Assembly: GCA_037447605.1 (NCBI GenBank)
Contig: CM074807.1
Span: 1,240,001 to 1,304,000 of the forward strand
Length of the DNA: 64,000 bases
Source of the DNA: Zygnema circumcarinatum SAG 698-1b
Lineage: Eukaryota > Plantae > Zygnematophyceae
Reading direction: 5' to 3'
Shown: piece after piece, positions 47,482-61,272 of the stretch
Layout of the letters: the number at the start of each line of letters is the position of its first letter
How positions within the stretch are numbered: the stretch's first letter is position 1
Position numbers and translations under genes: made by a program
Notes under the pieces: generated by a model
Told to the model about the DNA's origin: nothing
The model's input: the letters and a program-made list of their open reading frames with translations, nothing else
Database searches by the model: none

Positions 47482-48773
47482 CCCTCCCTTACTCCTAACT
47501 CGTTCCTCCTCACCCCACTCTGTACAGCAACAACAAGAGGAGCAGCAGTCACCTACACAGATGAATGGTCCTTTCCGCTATTAGGGTTACGGCAGTCTCT
47601 GCAGGCCACGCAGGTGCAGGCTCCCCCACGTGCGAGGGGGCCGGCGAAGCACATGGAGCACGGCAGGAGAAGGCGCGTGCGAAGGTCCTCAGCCGCGAAT
47701 CCGAGGCGGCCACGTCACGCACGAGGCACGTGCGAATGTTCTCATCCGCGAATTGGAGGCGGCCACGTCATGGGTGGAGGAGATATTTGGGCCGGCGGAG
47801 GCAGGGGAGCCCAGATGCAGCGCACCTGGCGGGCGGAGCTCGAAAAGTTTTGGAGCCTGCCCGTAATATTGGAAAATGTCGCGTCGGTCTCATCGGGGCC
47901 GTCAATTCGCTTTCAGTTCTTTGGATGGGCCCGATTAGTTCATTTTTTTTGGGGCTAAAAAAGAAATATCGTTATCTTTTCTTCGGGAGGTTCACTCGCA
48001 AAGACGAGGGAAACAACCGTGTCATTTCTCGCAAGGGCTAGAAGGGTCATGCAGTACAACACAGCAGCAGGAACGCTCACGTAGCCTAGGCCTAGGCGTG
48101 CTCTTAGCCTCTTTCCATTGTGCTTAGATCCTTTGCGACCAGTCCCTCGTGGTTCCACTTCATGCTTTTGTCCATGTACATTTGATGGCCTCGCCATCGT
48201 GAGTTCAATGAAATTTTCCCCTTCCTCTCACGTGGCCCAATGACAACACGAAAAGAAGTGTGGTTTTGGAATTCAAAAAAGGGTCTCGTCCATGTACAGT
48301 AGTCAAAGTTTGATGCCCAAATCGTACCCAATTGCGCTACTGTGTTACTGAACTTTACGGGTCAAACTCGGAATCAACGTGAAGCAGGCACTTCAATAGC
48401 CATAAATTTCTCCAGGCATAAATCAATAGTTCTTTCTTTGCATCCTGAAATGACTGCTATAACGAGAAAGGGAACAGTTATGATTGTTGCCGTGAATGTG
48501 TGAACCATCAAATCCTGCTATTGCTTCACAGAACATGGATCCCCAGTGTAAAGACACAACTTTTTTTTACTGTAACCCAAAGGCCTAGTTCGATATATAA
48601 AACGAACGGGTGCAGATATTCTGCTATTGCCGTTAAGGCGTGAGAAGACATCAAATGTAGCGTGCTTGCTGCTGTCTCTCTTGAAGGAATGAATGTACGT
48701 CCTTAGAGACGATGCCCGTTATATAGACTACAGGCGAGCCGGTTGTTGCTTGGTGTAAGCAGATAAGATGGAC

Positions 48774-51700
48774 TCACTCTTCCATGGCCCCCGAACTCTT
48801 CATTTCAACAGCTTTGGCGTGGGCCTGTTCCATCATAGCCCTATGTGTCTCCATGCCCGGAGCGTGCTTGAGGAGGTCCAAAGCAACCTTCATCCACTGT
48901 TCGGCTTCATCGTACCTCTTGAATTTGGCCTGCAAGGGGGCCCGGTTCCATGCGGTAGATACAAGCCAGTGGATTTCTTCCTTAGGATATGCATTTGGGC
49001 TGAGTCCCACAAGCATTTTCTCTGCTTCCTGGTACAGCTTGAGGACGCTTGGCCCATCCCTGTCTTGAAAGTCCGCCATCCGTATGAGCTTGCGAGTGAC
49101 CATTCCAGCGAGGTCGTAATCGGGAGCTGCAGAACTTAGCAGTCTTGTGAGACACAGTTTTAAGGCAGCACTTGCAACCGCAGTATTGCGCCCATCCTGC
49201 TCCTCTGCACTCAACGCCATTTTGAGAAAATTGTCCGCAGTGAATCCTGGCAAGCTGTTGCAATCTTTGAGAAGCTCCATTTGTGAGGCCGAATCCTTCA
49301 TTCTTCCTTTCAAATCAAACATGAGAAGGTTGAAGTAGACTTCCATAGAGCTCCTGTCTTGCGTAGAATCCGGAAGGTTGATGTTTACGGCAACCTGCAT
49401 GAATGAGAACGTGAAAAGACAACCAGACACGTGATACGAACGTCAGGCGCAAGTTTGAATCTCACATTTCAAGGTCACGGAGACGCTCTTAACGATGACT
49501 CAACTCATTCCCAGTCATTTACACTTCATCATCTGCTCTCAGCCTCTCTTCGAGCAGCACGAGTGTCCTTTCTCATCTTTGCTGACTACACGACGCAGTG
49601 TGAAAGGGAAGTGTCAGGCGAAACCATGCAGTTGCAGCAGAATACGTTTTCCCCATTACCTTACGACACCTTTCAAGACAGCTTGAGGCTACTCTCAGCA
49701 TGTTGTCGTCCAGCTTGTCGCCCTGCGCTAACATGGTGGCCGCAGCAAGCAGTAATGCACGCTTTAAGCACTGCTGAGTCTCTGGAGTATCTGGCATAGC
49801 GGAATAGAAGTCAGAGGCACACTGGAGGAATGCTGTAGATAGGGGCCAATCTTGCTGTTTACCAGCCTCAAGCCCATAGTTCCATGCAGATCCAGCAAAC
49901 CATGTTGCCTCCTTTCTTCCAGTGCTCCCCTCTCCGAAGCAAGCCTTGAAACCCGACTGGCTTAGCCTCGTCTGAGCCGCCTTGAAATATTTCAAAACCT
50001 CGCTGAGGCTTCTTTTGTCCTCTGCCAATAATGTCAATATGTTCCTTATGACAACAATCTCGTTCACCCCTGTGGTTTGTTCAGTCGAGTACAGATCGAG
50101 CAAACTAGCAAGAGCCTTGATAGCAACGTCAGAACATTTACATGCCATGGCTTCATGAGATGCCAGGGTGAGATACTCGGGCTCAAAGTCCTTGCAGGCA
50201 AGCATTCTCTCGACTTGTTTCGATGCCTCTACGACCTTCTTTGTTTGGAGATAGATCTTGTACTGCAAATGCAAGGCAAACAAAAAAAGAGGAAAAGATA
50301 TGCAAGTGAAAAAGGGAGAGAAAAAAAAAAAAGAGTAGGAGTCAACTGAAATTGCCAAGCAAGTCAGCTCTACGATTTCAGATTACTCAATGTCCAACTA
50401 TGCTACCTCATTTGTGAACTCGCTCGACTATTAGGCTTGAAAAACGATACAAAGGCAAAACAAGGATATACATGGGACAGGAAGAGAACAGGGCAGTAGT
50501 TGATCATGGCTAGTAATTGTTGAATCTTCTTCTAGCATTTCGGATCATGCAGTAAACATCTTGCCACCAATTCACACCAGAACCACCGTAGCATCCCGTT
50601 GGGCAGAGGTAATGGTCAGAGAGGGCTCGCGAAATTGACAACATAACTAACCTTGAGGAAGGCACTTGCAATCGTCGGATCCAGCTGCAAGGCCGCAACA
50701 TTTTGCAGAAGTTTGTCAAACGGTAAAATTCAACTGTAGAAGACTTCAGCCTCAACAAAAGGCAAGCATCAAACGCCATGATTAAGTGAAGCTGAAAGTG
50801 ATTGCTTGCGATGATAGCGCGACGTAAACGTTGCTGGCTAAAATGTTCTATGTGACTTCCAATACATTTCTGTTCCGCGGCAACTTCTCACTAACAAGTA
50901 CAAGTGGGAAGCATTATTGACCTGTTCAGCTACATCGACACATTCTTGAGCTTGATCAAACTGTTGAGTTGCCAAGTGGCAAAGACATATAACTCGCAAT
51001 GTTTTGGCACGTTGCACAGCCGCGGAGTTGCCACTTGGAAGGTACAACATGGACGCTTCGAACAATTTTCGGCTTAATCCGTAGTCCTTTCCTTGGAATC
51101 TATCAGTGCCGCTGAAATGGCAACAAATGAAAGGTGCAAGTCAGCTCTCGCCTCTAAAATTTCATGCATGCAGAATATTGTATTTGGTTGTGTGGCCTTG
51201 GATAAGCAGACGGCCAGATAAACAGACGTCTCAAACACCACGAACGAACATCCAGCCAAGCTAGACCACATTAGGGATTCTCGAACAGTGCTCCAGATCA
51301 AAAAACGTGTCCGAGTCATTCACTCCAAACAAAAAAGTCACACTTGGCATTGAAAAGGAGACAATGTGTGAAATGTTCAGCCCTGATGTAGCATCTTCCC
51401 GGCGTTCAAATATCTCCTTGAGACAGGTTTCTATCGTGGCATGATATTCTGACCTGTTCCATAGCAAAGCAAACACGCATTGCTGATCTTGCGACGCCGC
51501 TCCGTCCTTGGTCCCGTTACTCCTTCGCAGAATGGAAATGATGTCTTCTCGTTGGGCTATCTCAAGCGCTGTATTTATCTGATCTCTTGACGAGGTCCTA
51601 CTAAGCAACTTTTCCAACACTTGAAGGGGAAGTTGAATGTTTTCGGGAAATCTACTTTGCAGAATAATGAACGCTTTTTTCACGCCTGGTGATCCAGTTG

Positions 51701-52751
51701 GACAAGCGGTCGAAAGCATTGCCTCAATGCCCGCAGTTCCGAGCTCGACGGTGCAATCTTCATGGGATACTAAAGCTTCAAGTTGAATTTCCGCTTCCTC
51801 GTATCTTCCTAAGCCCGACAAAGCTTTCAGGTCCAAGAATGGAGTGCTCGGATGGTTGCTTGCTGCCTTCAAACTAGCCGTACATTTCAACGCGGCTTCA
51901 AAGTGTTGATTTTGGATGTGTGCTCCAGCAAGATATCGCAAGATCCTCCATTTCAACGAATTCAGTTCCCGTTTCACGCACTCTTCGGCGGTTCTGATGG
52001 CTGCTGAACAAATTTCAAAGGCTTGCTCGAGATAAGGAACTGATTCAGAAGCAAGTTCTGTGTTCTCTGACTTGCTGAGTAGCGCTCTTCCGTACGATAA
52101 ATAAATCTCAGCTAACTCTGCCGCCTTGTCAGGAAGCGAGGAAAGCAATGCACTGGCTCGTCCAAGCAAATTACAGGCCAGCGCTCGCTGGCCAAGTTCC
52201 CAAGCAGATGTAGCTCTATTGGTATATATCTCAAAGCTGAGGCTTAGAGTTTCACTTTTATCAGAAATCCCCAGTGCAGCTCCGCTGCTTTCCTCCCTGG
52301 TATGTGACAGAAGCTCAGTCGCTTTCGAGAAGCAAACTTCAGCCATCTCATAATTTTGGAGCTGATTCCACAGCATACCCGTTCTGCAGAAAAACATGGC
52401 CATCTTGACAAGACTTGAACGCATGTTTGAATTTTCTCCCGCTGTCAAGAGAATGTCAGCTGCAACATGCCGAAGGCTGGCATGCGCTTCAGTGACCTCG
52501 CCTGTTTCTGAGTTGTTGGCGAAATCCACACAACTGTTCCAAATCCGATAGCTCAGTTTCCACATTTGAAGCCTCTGATGCTCCAAAATATCAGAATGTA
52601 TGCTTGCGAGCAAGTTTCGGAGCTGCTGTGCAGTTTCGAGATTAGCATTTGCGGGAGACTCCTCCATATGAGCGATTACTTTGCTCATTTTTTCAAGAGT
52701 TTCATGCACACTTCCTCCTCCATCCTCCATGTGCACCTCAGCGATCTGCAT
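48774..52751 (-). CDS. ZIP4: Meiotic TPR protein ZIP4/SPO22
   Basis: Exons 52751-51454, 51111-50922, 50684-50652, 50262-49660, 49394-48774. Motifs matching recalled plant ZIP4: MQIAEV, WKLSYRIWNSCVD, LRHVAAD, LLWNS, MLYLP...RAKTLRVICLCHL, PEYLTLASHEA, WFAGSAWNYG, YPKEEIHWLVSTAWNRA. Confidence 0.94.
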
Positions 52752-54446
52752 GGCTACGAAACAAGGAACAGACTTCAAACCACAGCCTCTCTGATAGCCG
52801 GATACACGCCACCTCCTCCCACTCTCAGGAAGCTCGTTACAGCCTCAACGCGTTTGCAACCCCTGCGGGACGCTGCAAGGCCGCCGCCTGCCGATCCGTA
52901 CACTCCCAATGTTCTGTACGGTATCGTACCCGAATGTCTGGCAGTCGCGGCTAAGTTAAAAACTCGCTAAAGTCACGTCCCCTACAAAGACAAGTTGGTA
53001 CAATGTGCGATTGTGCAGTACCGTACACGCGCTGGCTCGCTCGCTAAAGTAAAAGGGAAGACAAGGGGGAGCCTCCTCGAGATGGAGGCTCGGATGCATA
53101 AAGAAGGGCAGAGAGTCGGAAGTCTGTCGTGAAGGTGGCTGATGTGCTTGACGACATTTCACCGCGTTAAAGTTCAGAACTAGGTCTAACTTGTGCTCGG
53201 GTTATGAATTCGGCTTAGTCACAAAAGCATGTACTGAGCGAAGCTATGATTTCCATTTGCAACAATAAGGCTTTCCCCCTCTCTCCCTCCCTCCACACAC
53301 TCCTGCTCCCTTTCCAATCGTCCCTTCCCCCCTCCGCCCTTCCTTTCCCTCCTCACCAGTGAGACAGGTGAAGTGCGCTGAGCTGCATTTTCTGTCCTTT
53401 TGCAAAATATGAAAAAGGGGATCCAAAAAGTAGCAAGTCTTGTACACCTCCAAACACAGCAACGATGTACATGAGCTCGACATCTCAAGAAGGCAGAAGA
53501 AAAGGGGACAAGGCCGACTGGATCATTATGCCAGCCTTTTGTCTGCAATACAAAGGGTCGAGTTCCACCTATCGCTCATAATGGCACCGCGCTTTCATAT
53601 GGTGCGCTAAAGCAGCTGCATGCGATTGCATGACAAAGGAAAACTCACGTCCAGAATTCAGAGCATCCTAAAACCGGCTCATACTATCATCTAACTGTAC
53701 ACACAATGCAAAAACCCCAAATAGGTAAACAAAAGAAAAAAAAAGGCGGGAGGGCGGAGGAGAAGACAAAAGGTGTCTTTTATGTGTGAGATGCCTTCAG
53801 AAAAGCTGCACGCCTTATGCTGGCGTCACCTCATGGGGTCCCGTACTCCACTCGCTTCATTGTTCACAGGAGGCTGTCAACTTTTGCCTGAAACTCTCAA
53901 CTTTTGCCTGAAACACAACACCAAAAATGACCGTCAGCACAGCTTCCAAGCAGAACACTTGATCCTTCAAACTTTTTCAGTCAGAACTCCTTTCGACCCA
54001 GCAACCTATGGGGGTATATCTTCTCCATTTCACCAAGCAAGTCCGATGATAAGCTGCGGCAGGGAAAGTACATGTCAGCAAATCACCTCCTAAACTCCGT
54101 CTAGGAAAACACGAGTTGTCCTTGGAACCCAGTCCTATTACTGCAGATTTCCTACGACCACTCATCTCCACCTCCAGCGAGTACCCAACACATTTGTTCT
54201 AGCTCTACAACAGTCATCCAGTATTCGATCAAAGCCTTCGGAACCCACCCTTAAATACTCTACAAAGAGAAACAACAGTCACTTAGATGACTACTTCGAT
54301 AGAGCTTAAACATGCAAGACAAAGAAGACCACTCTTACCGTTCGCACATTCCTTCTTCTTTTGACTAGATGTTTGGATACGCCTCTACAGAGTTGTCCGT
54401 TCCATGCAGGGAAAAGATTCATGTATAAGCATGGCACAGCTTAGTT

Positions 54447-56130
54447 CTACCCACCTTCTGTTCCATCTACATATGATGGTCGGCGAGCAGGGAGGGGCGT
54501 ATGTGGTGTCGGCTGCATCAGACAGGCAAGCATTACTCGGGATAATCAGAGAAGTTGCCATGCACGTGACAGGAGTTCACTTCACAATTGTGTTGATCCC
54601 TTCCCAGATACTCGAAGGCAGCTCATGAGGTCATGTCCATCAAAGAAGTGGTACCTCCAACTTTGGCGGCAATTCTTCTTCAGAAGGCCGCTCCATTCCA
54701 GCAGGGGCACCCTTTTGCTGCAACCCACTAATCAAGCCGTGAAATCTCAGATGCCATCCTAGATAACGAAGATAAATTGCTGCTAAAGCATTTACCTATT
54801 GTTCGAAAGCATCCCAGGAATACAGCGGATCTTCTCTGAGTCATATGTACTAGAGAGTGTTCCTACATACTGCCAAAGGTTGAAAAAATCAGCATAGCCA
54901 GAAGTGATGTGCTGTTCATTGCATCAAATTTTCTGCTGAATGTAATTTATCGATGAAAAAAAGCTAGCAGCCTTCATTCGCATTAGAGACAACCAGCAGG
55001 ATACTCCCTCTACGAAAACTAGAGCATCTCCATCGTCAAGCGCGGCATTCCTTTGAACAAGGCGACCAAGTAGATTTGGTTCATATAGACTCTCGAACCT
55101 TCCGGCAACCAGTTATGGCCAATTGGAGGGCATTGAGGGTGTTTTAATCTCTCATGGTTAGATAACGATAGGTCCTATAATTCGGCTAACATCATTGACC
55201 GCAGTACAGCCGCCGTTATCAGATTTTCCTCACTGACGAGCCAAAAAAGCCAGGCCCAACAAATATTTTTTCAAGCTGACATAACACCCAGCCAACACTC
55301 CATACCTTATTAAGGGCCCAGTCAGCTGAGTCAAAGAAGGCTCGCTCATGGTCCTGCGACTCAGTGCATGAAACCACCACCGTCAGCATACTTTCTGGGA
55401 AAGCAAGAAACGAAATACTTAAATTCCCGAAAAAAAGACTAACAAAGAGAGACCGCTGCACCTTTCTGCGCCATAGAAAAGCTGCGAATTAAGTAATTCA
55501 TTCGTCTGAAGGGACTCTGCAACGTGGAGTACCACTCAAATATGGCATGCCAAATTCAAACCGCCTTAAGTAGCACATGTACTCTCAGAATATATTTTAA
55601 TAACCCACCTTGGCCATAATGGGCTTCTTAGGAAGAAGACCGCCGTACTTCTTTCGCAGTTGCTTCTCCTGCAAAGAGCCCCACCAAGTGCACCAGACTA
55701 AAGCCTTCGAGCAAAAGCACCATTTCTTGAGGCGAATGGCGGCTTATTCCCACATAAGAAGTTTTAATTCCTAAGAAAGGGGAGGGACGATGCTCATTCT
55801 TCAGAGGTATTTGAATGAGTTCCAGCTAAGTGTCGCAATGAAGTTGACGGCCTTCAAATAGAATAGCACAATGGCGTAAATCTCAAGCAAGAACGATTTC
55901 CGCTACTCCTTGCTTTATCTGCCTCTCTCCCAACAATGCAGCTCTGATGGTCATCCCTGGCAACCTAAGACCATCACCCTGACAGTGACCAGGAGAAAAG
56001 AAACTTACTTACTTTCAAACCCCCCTTAAAGACTGAAGACTTCCTCATTCTGAGCAAACAATAACACGATTCAACCCACCATTTTCCGAGCTTGTCAAAG
56101 CCTCACCTGCTCAGCCTCAGCGCTGTCCAT
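54447..56130 (-). CDS. ENSA: Endosulfine / ARPP-19 (Igo-like) PP2A-B55 inhibitor, 86 aa
   Basis: Five phase-0 exons: 56130-56107, 55668-55609, 55353-55306, 54717-54655, 54512-54447. They give MDSAEAEQEKQLRKKYGGLLPKKPIMAKDHERAFFDSADWALNKQKGAPAGMERPSEEELPPKLEPTPHTPLPARRPSYVDGTEGG*. The KKYGGLLPKK and FFDSADW signatures are intact. The first exon and the C-terminus are less certain. Confidence 0.92.
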
Positions 56131-56732
56131 CGAGAACCGGCGCCTCTCACTCTGCGCCTTCCTCCCCCCTCTGCCGCCGCAGAGCGCGGTCGTCCCTTTC
56201 CCCCCCTTGCCCTAACTCGCTTCCCTCACAGCAAGCAGCAAGCAGCAAGCAGCACTCTCATCTTCGCGCCCACTCACGGCCTTAAGCGAGAGACGACGAG
56301 CGCGCGTGTTGATCTCGGATCTACAGATCGGCCGAGCACAAACCGCACCAATGCGTGGATGCCACGTGGCAACTCGGCCAATAGGAACGAGGAGATGACG
56401 CCGAAAAGGAGAAACAGTTCAGCGACTCGATTCCACCAGGCAGTGTTCGACGGTTGTGAGGGTGATGTACAGTTAGAGCCGGTGAGGAGGGAGAAAGGGG
56501 CAGAGAGAGAGAGAGAGAGAGAGGGCGGAGGGGCTGAGGGACAGTGAAGGCGGCCGGAGGACGCAGCACCTGCTGCAGGGTGGTAGGGGAAAAGAGGAGT
56601 GGGGACACGGAAGGTCTTGTCCTGGAGGAAGGAGGGAAGGGCTTCTGGGGCGGTTAGGGTTTGTAATACCTGTTCTAGGTTGTTAGGAGGGTTTATTCTG
56701 AACGAGAAGGACGTTAGGGGAAGGGGCCGAAG

Positions 56733-59700
56733 ATGGGAGGAGGCTTTCGTCTGCTGCACCTTGTGCGACCGTTTTTGAATATTTTGCCGGAAGTGCAGAA
56801 TGCGGACAGGAGGGTGCCGTTCAGGGAGAAGTTTCTGTACACTGCGGTTTCGCTGTTCATATTCTTGGTTTGCAGTCAATTGCCTCTATATGGCATTCAC
56901 ACTGCAACGGGCTCTGACCCGTTCTACTGGATGCGAGTTATCCTTGCTTCCAACAGGGGTACCGTGATGGAGCTGGGAATCACCCCGATCGTTACGTCGG
57001 GTTTGGTAATGCAGCTCTTAGCGGGATCAAAGCTCATTGAAGTCGACAACAGCGTAAAGGAAGATCGCGAGCTTCTGTAAGCTGTCACTCTCAGGAGCCC
57101 TCCGTTCACTTGCTGATTGGGAAGTCGAGCAGATGTTACATTGTAAGTTCTGAGGCAGTTTTGCGTCATTCAATTCATAGTGAAACAACTAGATATTCAG
57201 GCGTCACACTGTCAGTAGTCCATCTGAGACAAATTTGATCTCTGCAGCGGCTTTGGTTACTCTGGTGGATAGTAGAGCTTCCCTTTGCTCATCGTCGTGA
57301 CGTAGAAGTCTATGCTATGCGAGGCAAAAGTGTTTTTTTAGGTTTTTTGCAAGTCATTTGTTTGTGGCCGTTCGTTGTTTCTGCTGAATAAATCTGCGTT
57401 GACGAGGATGATTTAGTTTTGGGAGTTTCCTTAGGGATTTCATGTTCGCACCTTGTCTTGTCTGTAAACCTGTGGGATTGGTCTGTAAATTGCTTGCAAA
57501 ATTCAGGAGAAAGAGAAGGATCTTCTTGGATTTTTTTGTTCATTACATTGTGTCTAAATTATCTGTTCTATAACTGCAGAAATGGTGCACAGAAGCTACT
57601 TGGAGTTTTGATTACTATTGGAGAGGCGGTCGCGTACGTACTCTCTGGGATGTATGGTGATGTGAAAGATCTTGGAGCAGGCAATGCGATTCTCATCATC
57701 GTTCAGCTCTTCTTTGCCGGCATTATTGTCATCTGTCTCGATGAGCTGCTTCAGAAGGGCTACGGTCTTGGCTCTGGCATTTCTCTCTTCATTGCCACCA
57801 ATATCTGGTAAGTACTGGGTGTTGGATTGAACGTCATTGCCTTTCATCAAGACCAACTGCATGACTGCTTAATTGGCTTACATTCAGTAGAACTCTAGTT
57901 ACGTGGACCCGGAAAGATGATACGCGATCAGCCAAATAAATCCATACGAAGCTGCAGTTGCTGCAGTTTCCACGAGTTCTTGTGTTGACAATCACAAGCG
58001 CTTTTGAGCTTAACTCTACAGCATTTAGCAGCTGTGGAAGGCAATGAAATTAATATTGACGATTCACCAAGTCCATTTAGCACTTGCAGTGGGGCTGTAT
58101 ATCTGCGACACCTTGCAGACTGTTAAGAGGTCTTAGGTCAAACCGTGGCTAAGGATAGAGGACATCAGGTGATGTAAAGTCGCTTTTATACGTACTAAAT
58201 ATGTACATTTTGCCTATATTTACTCATTCCTTTTAGAAGGCCTCTGGAAGCATTGGCTTTTAGATAATTTACAGTGCAATCAAGAGGGCAGCTAGGATTC
58301 GGAGATTGAGAAAGAACTGCTCTCTTTCCTTCGGTTAGCGAAGTGCTTTCGTTCAAAGTACTGAAACGCTAAGACGAGGGAAATCGAGAGCTGACTTCGT
58401 ACGTGTTTGTATGGTAGAAATCTTTTGTTTTGTTTGGTCATGTGCAACAACGGAATGACTACCAGGAAGTAGTCCCTATATGGGTTTGTTTTTTCAATAA
58501 CACGTTTCTCTCTTTCGAATATTTTTTCCTCTGAATAGAGTTTGCCTTCACAAGGAAGGATTAAAGGGTGTCGACTCTATAAGCTGTCCGAGATTGCTGG
58601 ACACATTTGAGCTCTGATTTTCTTCGGTAATTCATCTCTGTTAATGAAATCGCACATAGTCACATTAAACTGCTAGGAATTGCCACAGTTTACAATGAGA
58701 GCTTGCCATTGTCATTACTTTAGTATGCCTTTGAAAACGTCACGGAGTTCTATTTGAGGTGCTGAACGAAATGTAGTGCAAGGGGCAGATTTATTGGCTA
58801 CACAAAGCATTTCGAAGTTGCTTACCTCCTAACGACTGAAATCCTGTCAACCCCTTTGTTTGCTTGTTGCTGATGGGAAGGAAGTCCTTGCGAACAAAAA
58901 TAACATTAAGCCAAATTTAATGTGTATTTTCCTTTGCTGTACTATGTACGTAGCATGCATTGAACCGCCCTGTGGTTTGCTGTGCAGTGAGAACATCATC
59001 TGGAAGGCGTTTAGCCCCACCACCATCAATAGCGGCCGAGGTGCTGAATTTGAGGGTGCAGTAATTGCCCTCTTCCATTTACTGATCACTCGTACCAACA
59101 AAGTGCGGGCCCTCAAGGAAGCGTTCTATCGCCAGAACCTGCCTAATGTCACCAACCTACTAGCCACAGTGCTGGTATTCCTTATTGTCATTTACTTCCA
59201 GGGCTTCCGTGTTGTGCTGCCAGTGCGGTCAAAGAGCGCAAGGGGGCAGCAAGGATCGTATCCCATCAAGCTGTTTTACACTTCCAACATGCCCATCATT
59301 CTGCAGTCAGCTCTTGTGTCGAACCTCTACTTCATTTCCCAGGTACTTCCTCTGAACAATATAACCCGACATCATCTCCGTTCACTTCAGAAATTTCAAT
59401 TGATTCTCCTCCTTTCTCTGAACAAGTGATCCATCTCCTGATACGCAATTGGTTAAATTCATTACCGTAGAATGTTATTGTATTGTTGTGTTGTTGTTTA
59501 TGTTGGGTGTCTGCATGACATTATCTTGCGATATTCTTTTTTTGTGCCAAGTTGGCGGCTTTCACTTGCAATGAATGCTCAGTAGATGATCGAGTATTTC
59601 ACTTTGAAGCTGAACTCAAGTGCAGAGTCTGAACCGCCGGGTGTCATGGAGTGGGTGATAAGAGCTCTTTCTGTAGATGGAGGGCTGATGCCATGAACGT

Positions 59701-60779
59701 CAGTTCATCAGTATAGTTTTTGCACTTCAATACTGTCAGTCCCAGATTTTTGCATAAAGATTTTTGCAGCTCTCAATGAAGAAAACTGTTGTGTTAGCTG
59801 CTACCTTTGGCGAGGTGACAGTCAGACGTTTTGGTTTTAACGTAGTTCTATTTCCTGCGCTGCTGTGTTCCTTCAGCTTTTGTACAAGAAGTACAGCGGA
59901 TTCTTCCTAGTCCGTCTGCTGGGCGTATGGCAAGAGGCTGAGTACTCTCAGAGTGGGCAGCTCATTCCTGTTAGCGGCCTTGTCTACTACATCACCCCAC
60001 CCTCTAGGTACACACCGCTCACAAGCCTTGAATCAATCAACCAACAAAGCACGAAGTCGCTAATCACGACCTTGAGAAAGTTCACCCGACGAGGATCATC
60101 AAGAGTTGCCACGTGTCTCAGAAGCATTAGCGGTTGTATGGATGATGGAGATCTCAGCAGGTTAGGCATGGCTACGGTGTAAGGGGCTTCCACAGCTTCT
60201 AATTCGGATGAGGGGGTGTGGGAGAGGTGCAGCTTGGCAGACATTGCCATTCACCCATTCCACGCGCTCTTCTACCTCACCTTCATGCTTACTGCGTGTG
60301 CTCTCTTCTCCAAGACTTGGATTGAGGTCTCGGGCTCCTCCGCACGGGATGTGGCAAAGCAGCTCAAGGTCAGTCTTCAGTCTTGGAAGATGTTTGGCTC
60401 CGGCATTCCGAGAACTGGCTTGGAGTGCTTATGCGCTACTGCTCTATGCGCATGCGCTTCTTCAGGTTGAAGCTTAAGTTATCACGGACTTCGTAACTTG
60501 CATCCTGATTGTTCGCCGGCTGTGCTTTGTGGTTGGCAGGAGCAACAAATGGTGATGCCTGGCCACCGTGAGTCGAACCTGCAGAAAGAGTTGAATCGGT
60601 ACATCCCAACAGCGGCAGCATTTGGAGGGATGTGCATTGGGGCTCTCACGGTGGTTGCTGATTTCATGGGAGCGATTGGTTCTGGTACTGGTATTCTGCT
60701 AGCCGTGACCATCATCTACCAATACTTTGAGACATTCGACAAAGAACGAGCGAGTGAATCCGGGATTTTTGGATTTTGA
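56733..60779 (+). CDS. SEC61A: Protein transport protein Sec61 subunit alpha
   Basis: Exons 56733-57076, 57580-57807, 58988-59342, 59877-60007, 60233-60368, 60540-60779. Motifs: [115 protein letters not shown]. Confidence 0.98.
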
Positions 60780-61272
60780 TCTGCAGTACTTGTCAGTAGT
60801 GCGCAGCCTTAGGCCGAATCAGTCCGTGCCTTGTCCTCAACTGAGGAAGCCGGTTTGTCTCCTCTTAAGAGGGAGGCTCACTTTGGCCTCTGCTATCCAT
60901 CCAAACAGGACCACTTTGTATCGGCACAATCGCTATAGGTTTGAATACCATCTCAGAGTCGCTTTTCGTGCTGACTTATGACTCGCATGCGTGGATGCTC
61001 GCCGCCATCATCTCGAAGATGTGTGCTCCTAAGATGCCATAACATGTCCAACCTTCTCCTTAAAAGAACGGACAAGCAGAGAGCTTAGACGCCCCACTCC
61101 TACCTACTAAATGAACTTCCACCGACCTTCGGCGCAACCAAAGAAATCCACAAACTTGTTTTCGTTTTAAACACAGCCGTTTTTAAACCCATCTCCAACC
61201 AGGTTTTTTTTCGGTTTGCCCCTCTGGGTCTATTTTGGAAAACTGGCAAATAGACCGACCCTCGTCTCCGGC

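Noticed and set aside
45264-49139. + strand ORFs such as 45264-45779, 46504-46863 and 48768-49139
   Set aside because: Antisense shadows of the HAD and ZIP4 coding exons, with no motifs of their own.
53877-53914. 18-bp direct repeat (tcaacttttgcctgaaac x2)
   Set aside because: Two copies with a 2-nt spacer are a simple slippage duplication, not a CRISPR-like or mobile-element structure.
7735-56130. A functional cell-division/meiosis gene cluster (SMC4, AFC, ZIP4, endosulfine)
   Set aside because: The genes are interspersed with unrelated housekeeping genes, and such co-occurrence is plausible by chance in a gene-dense genome.
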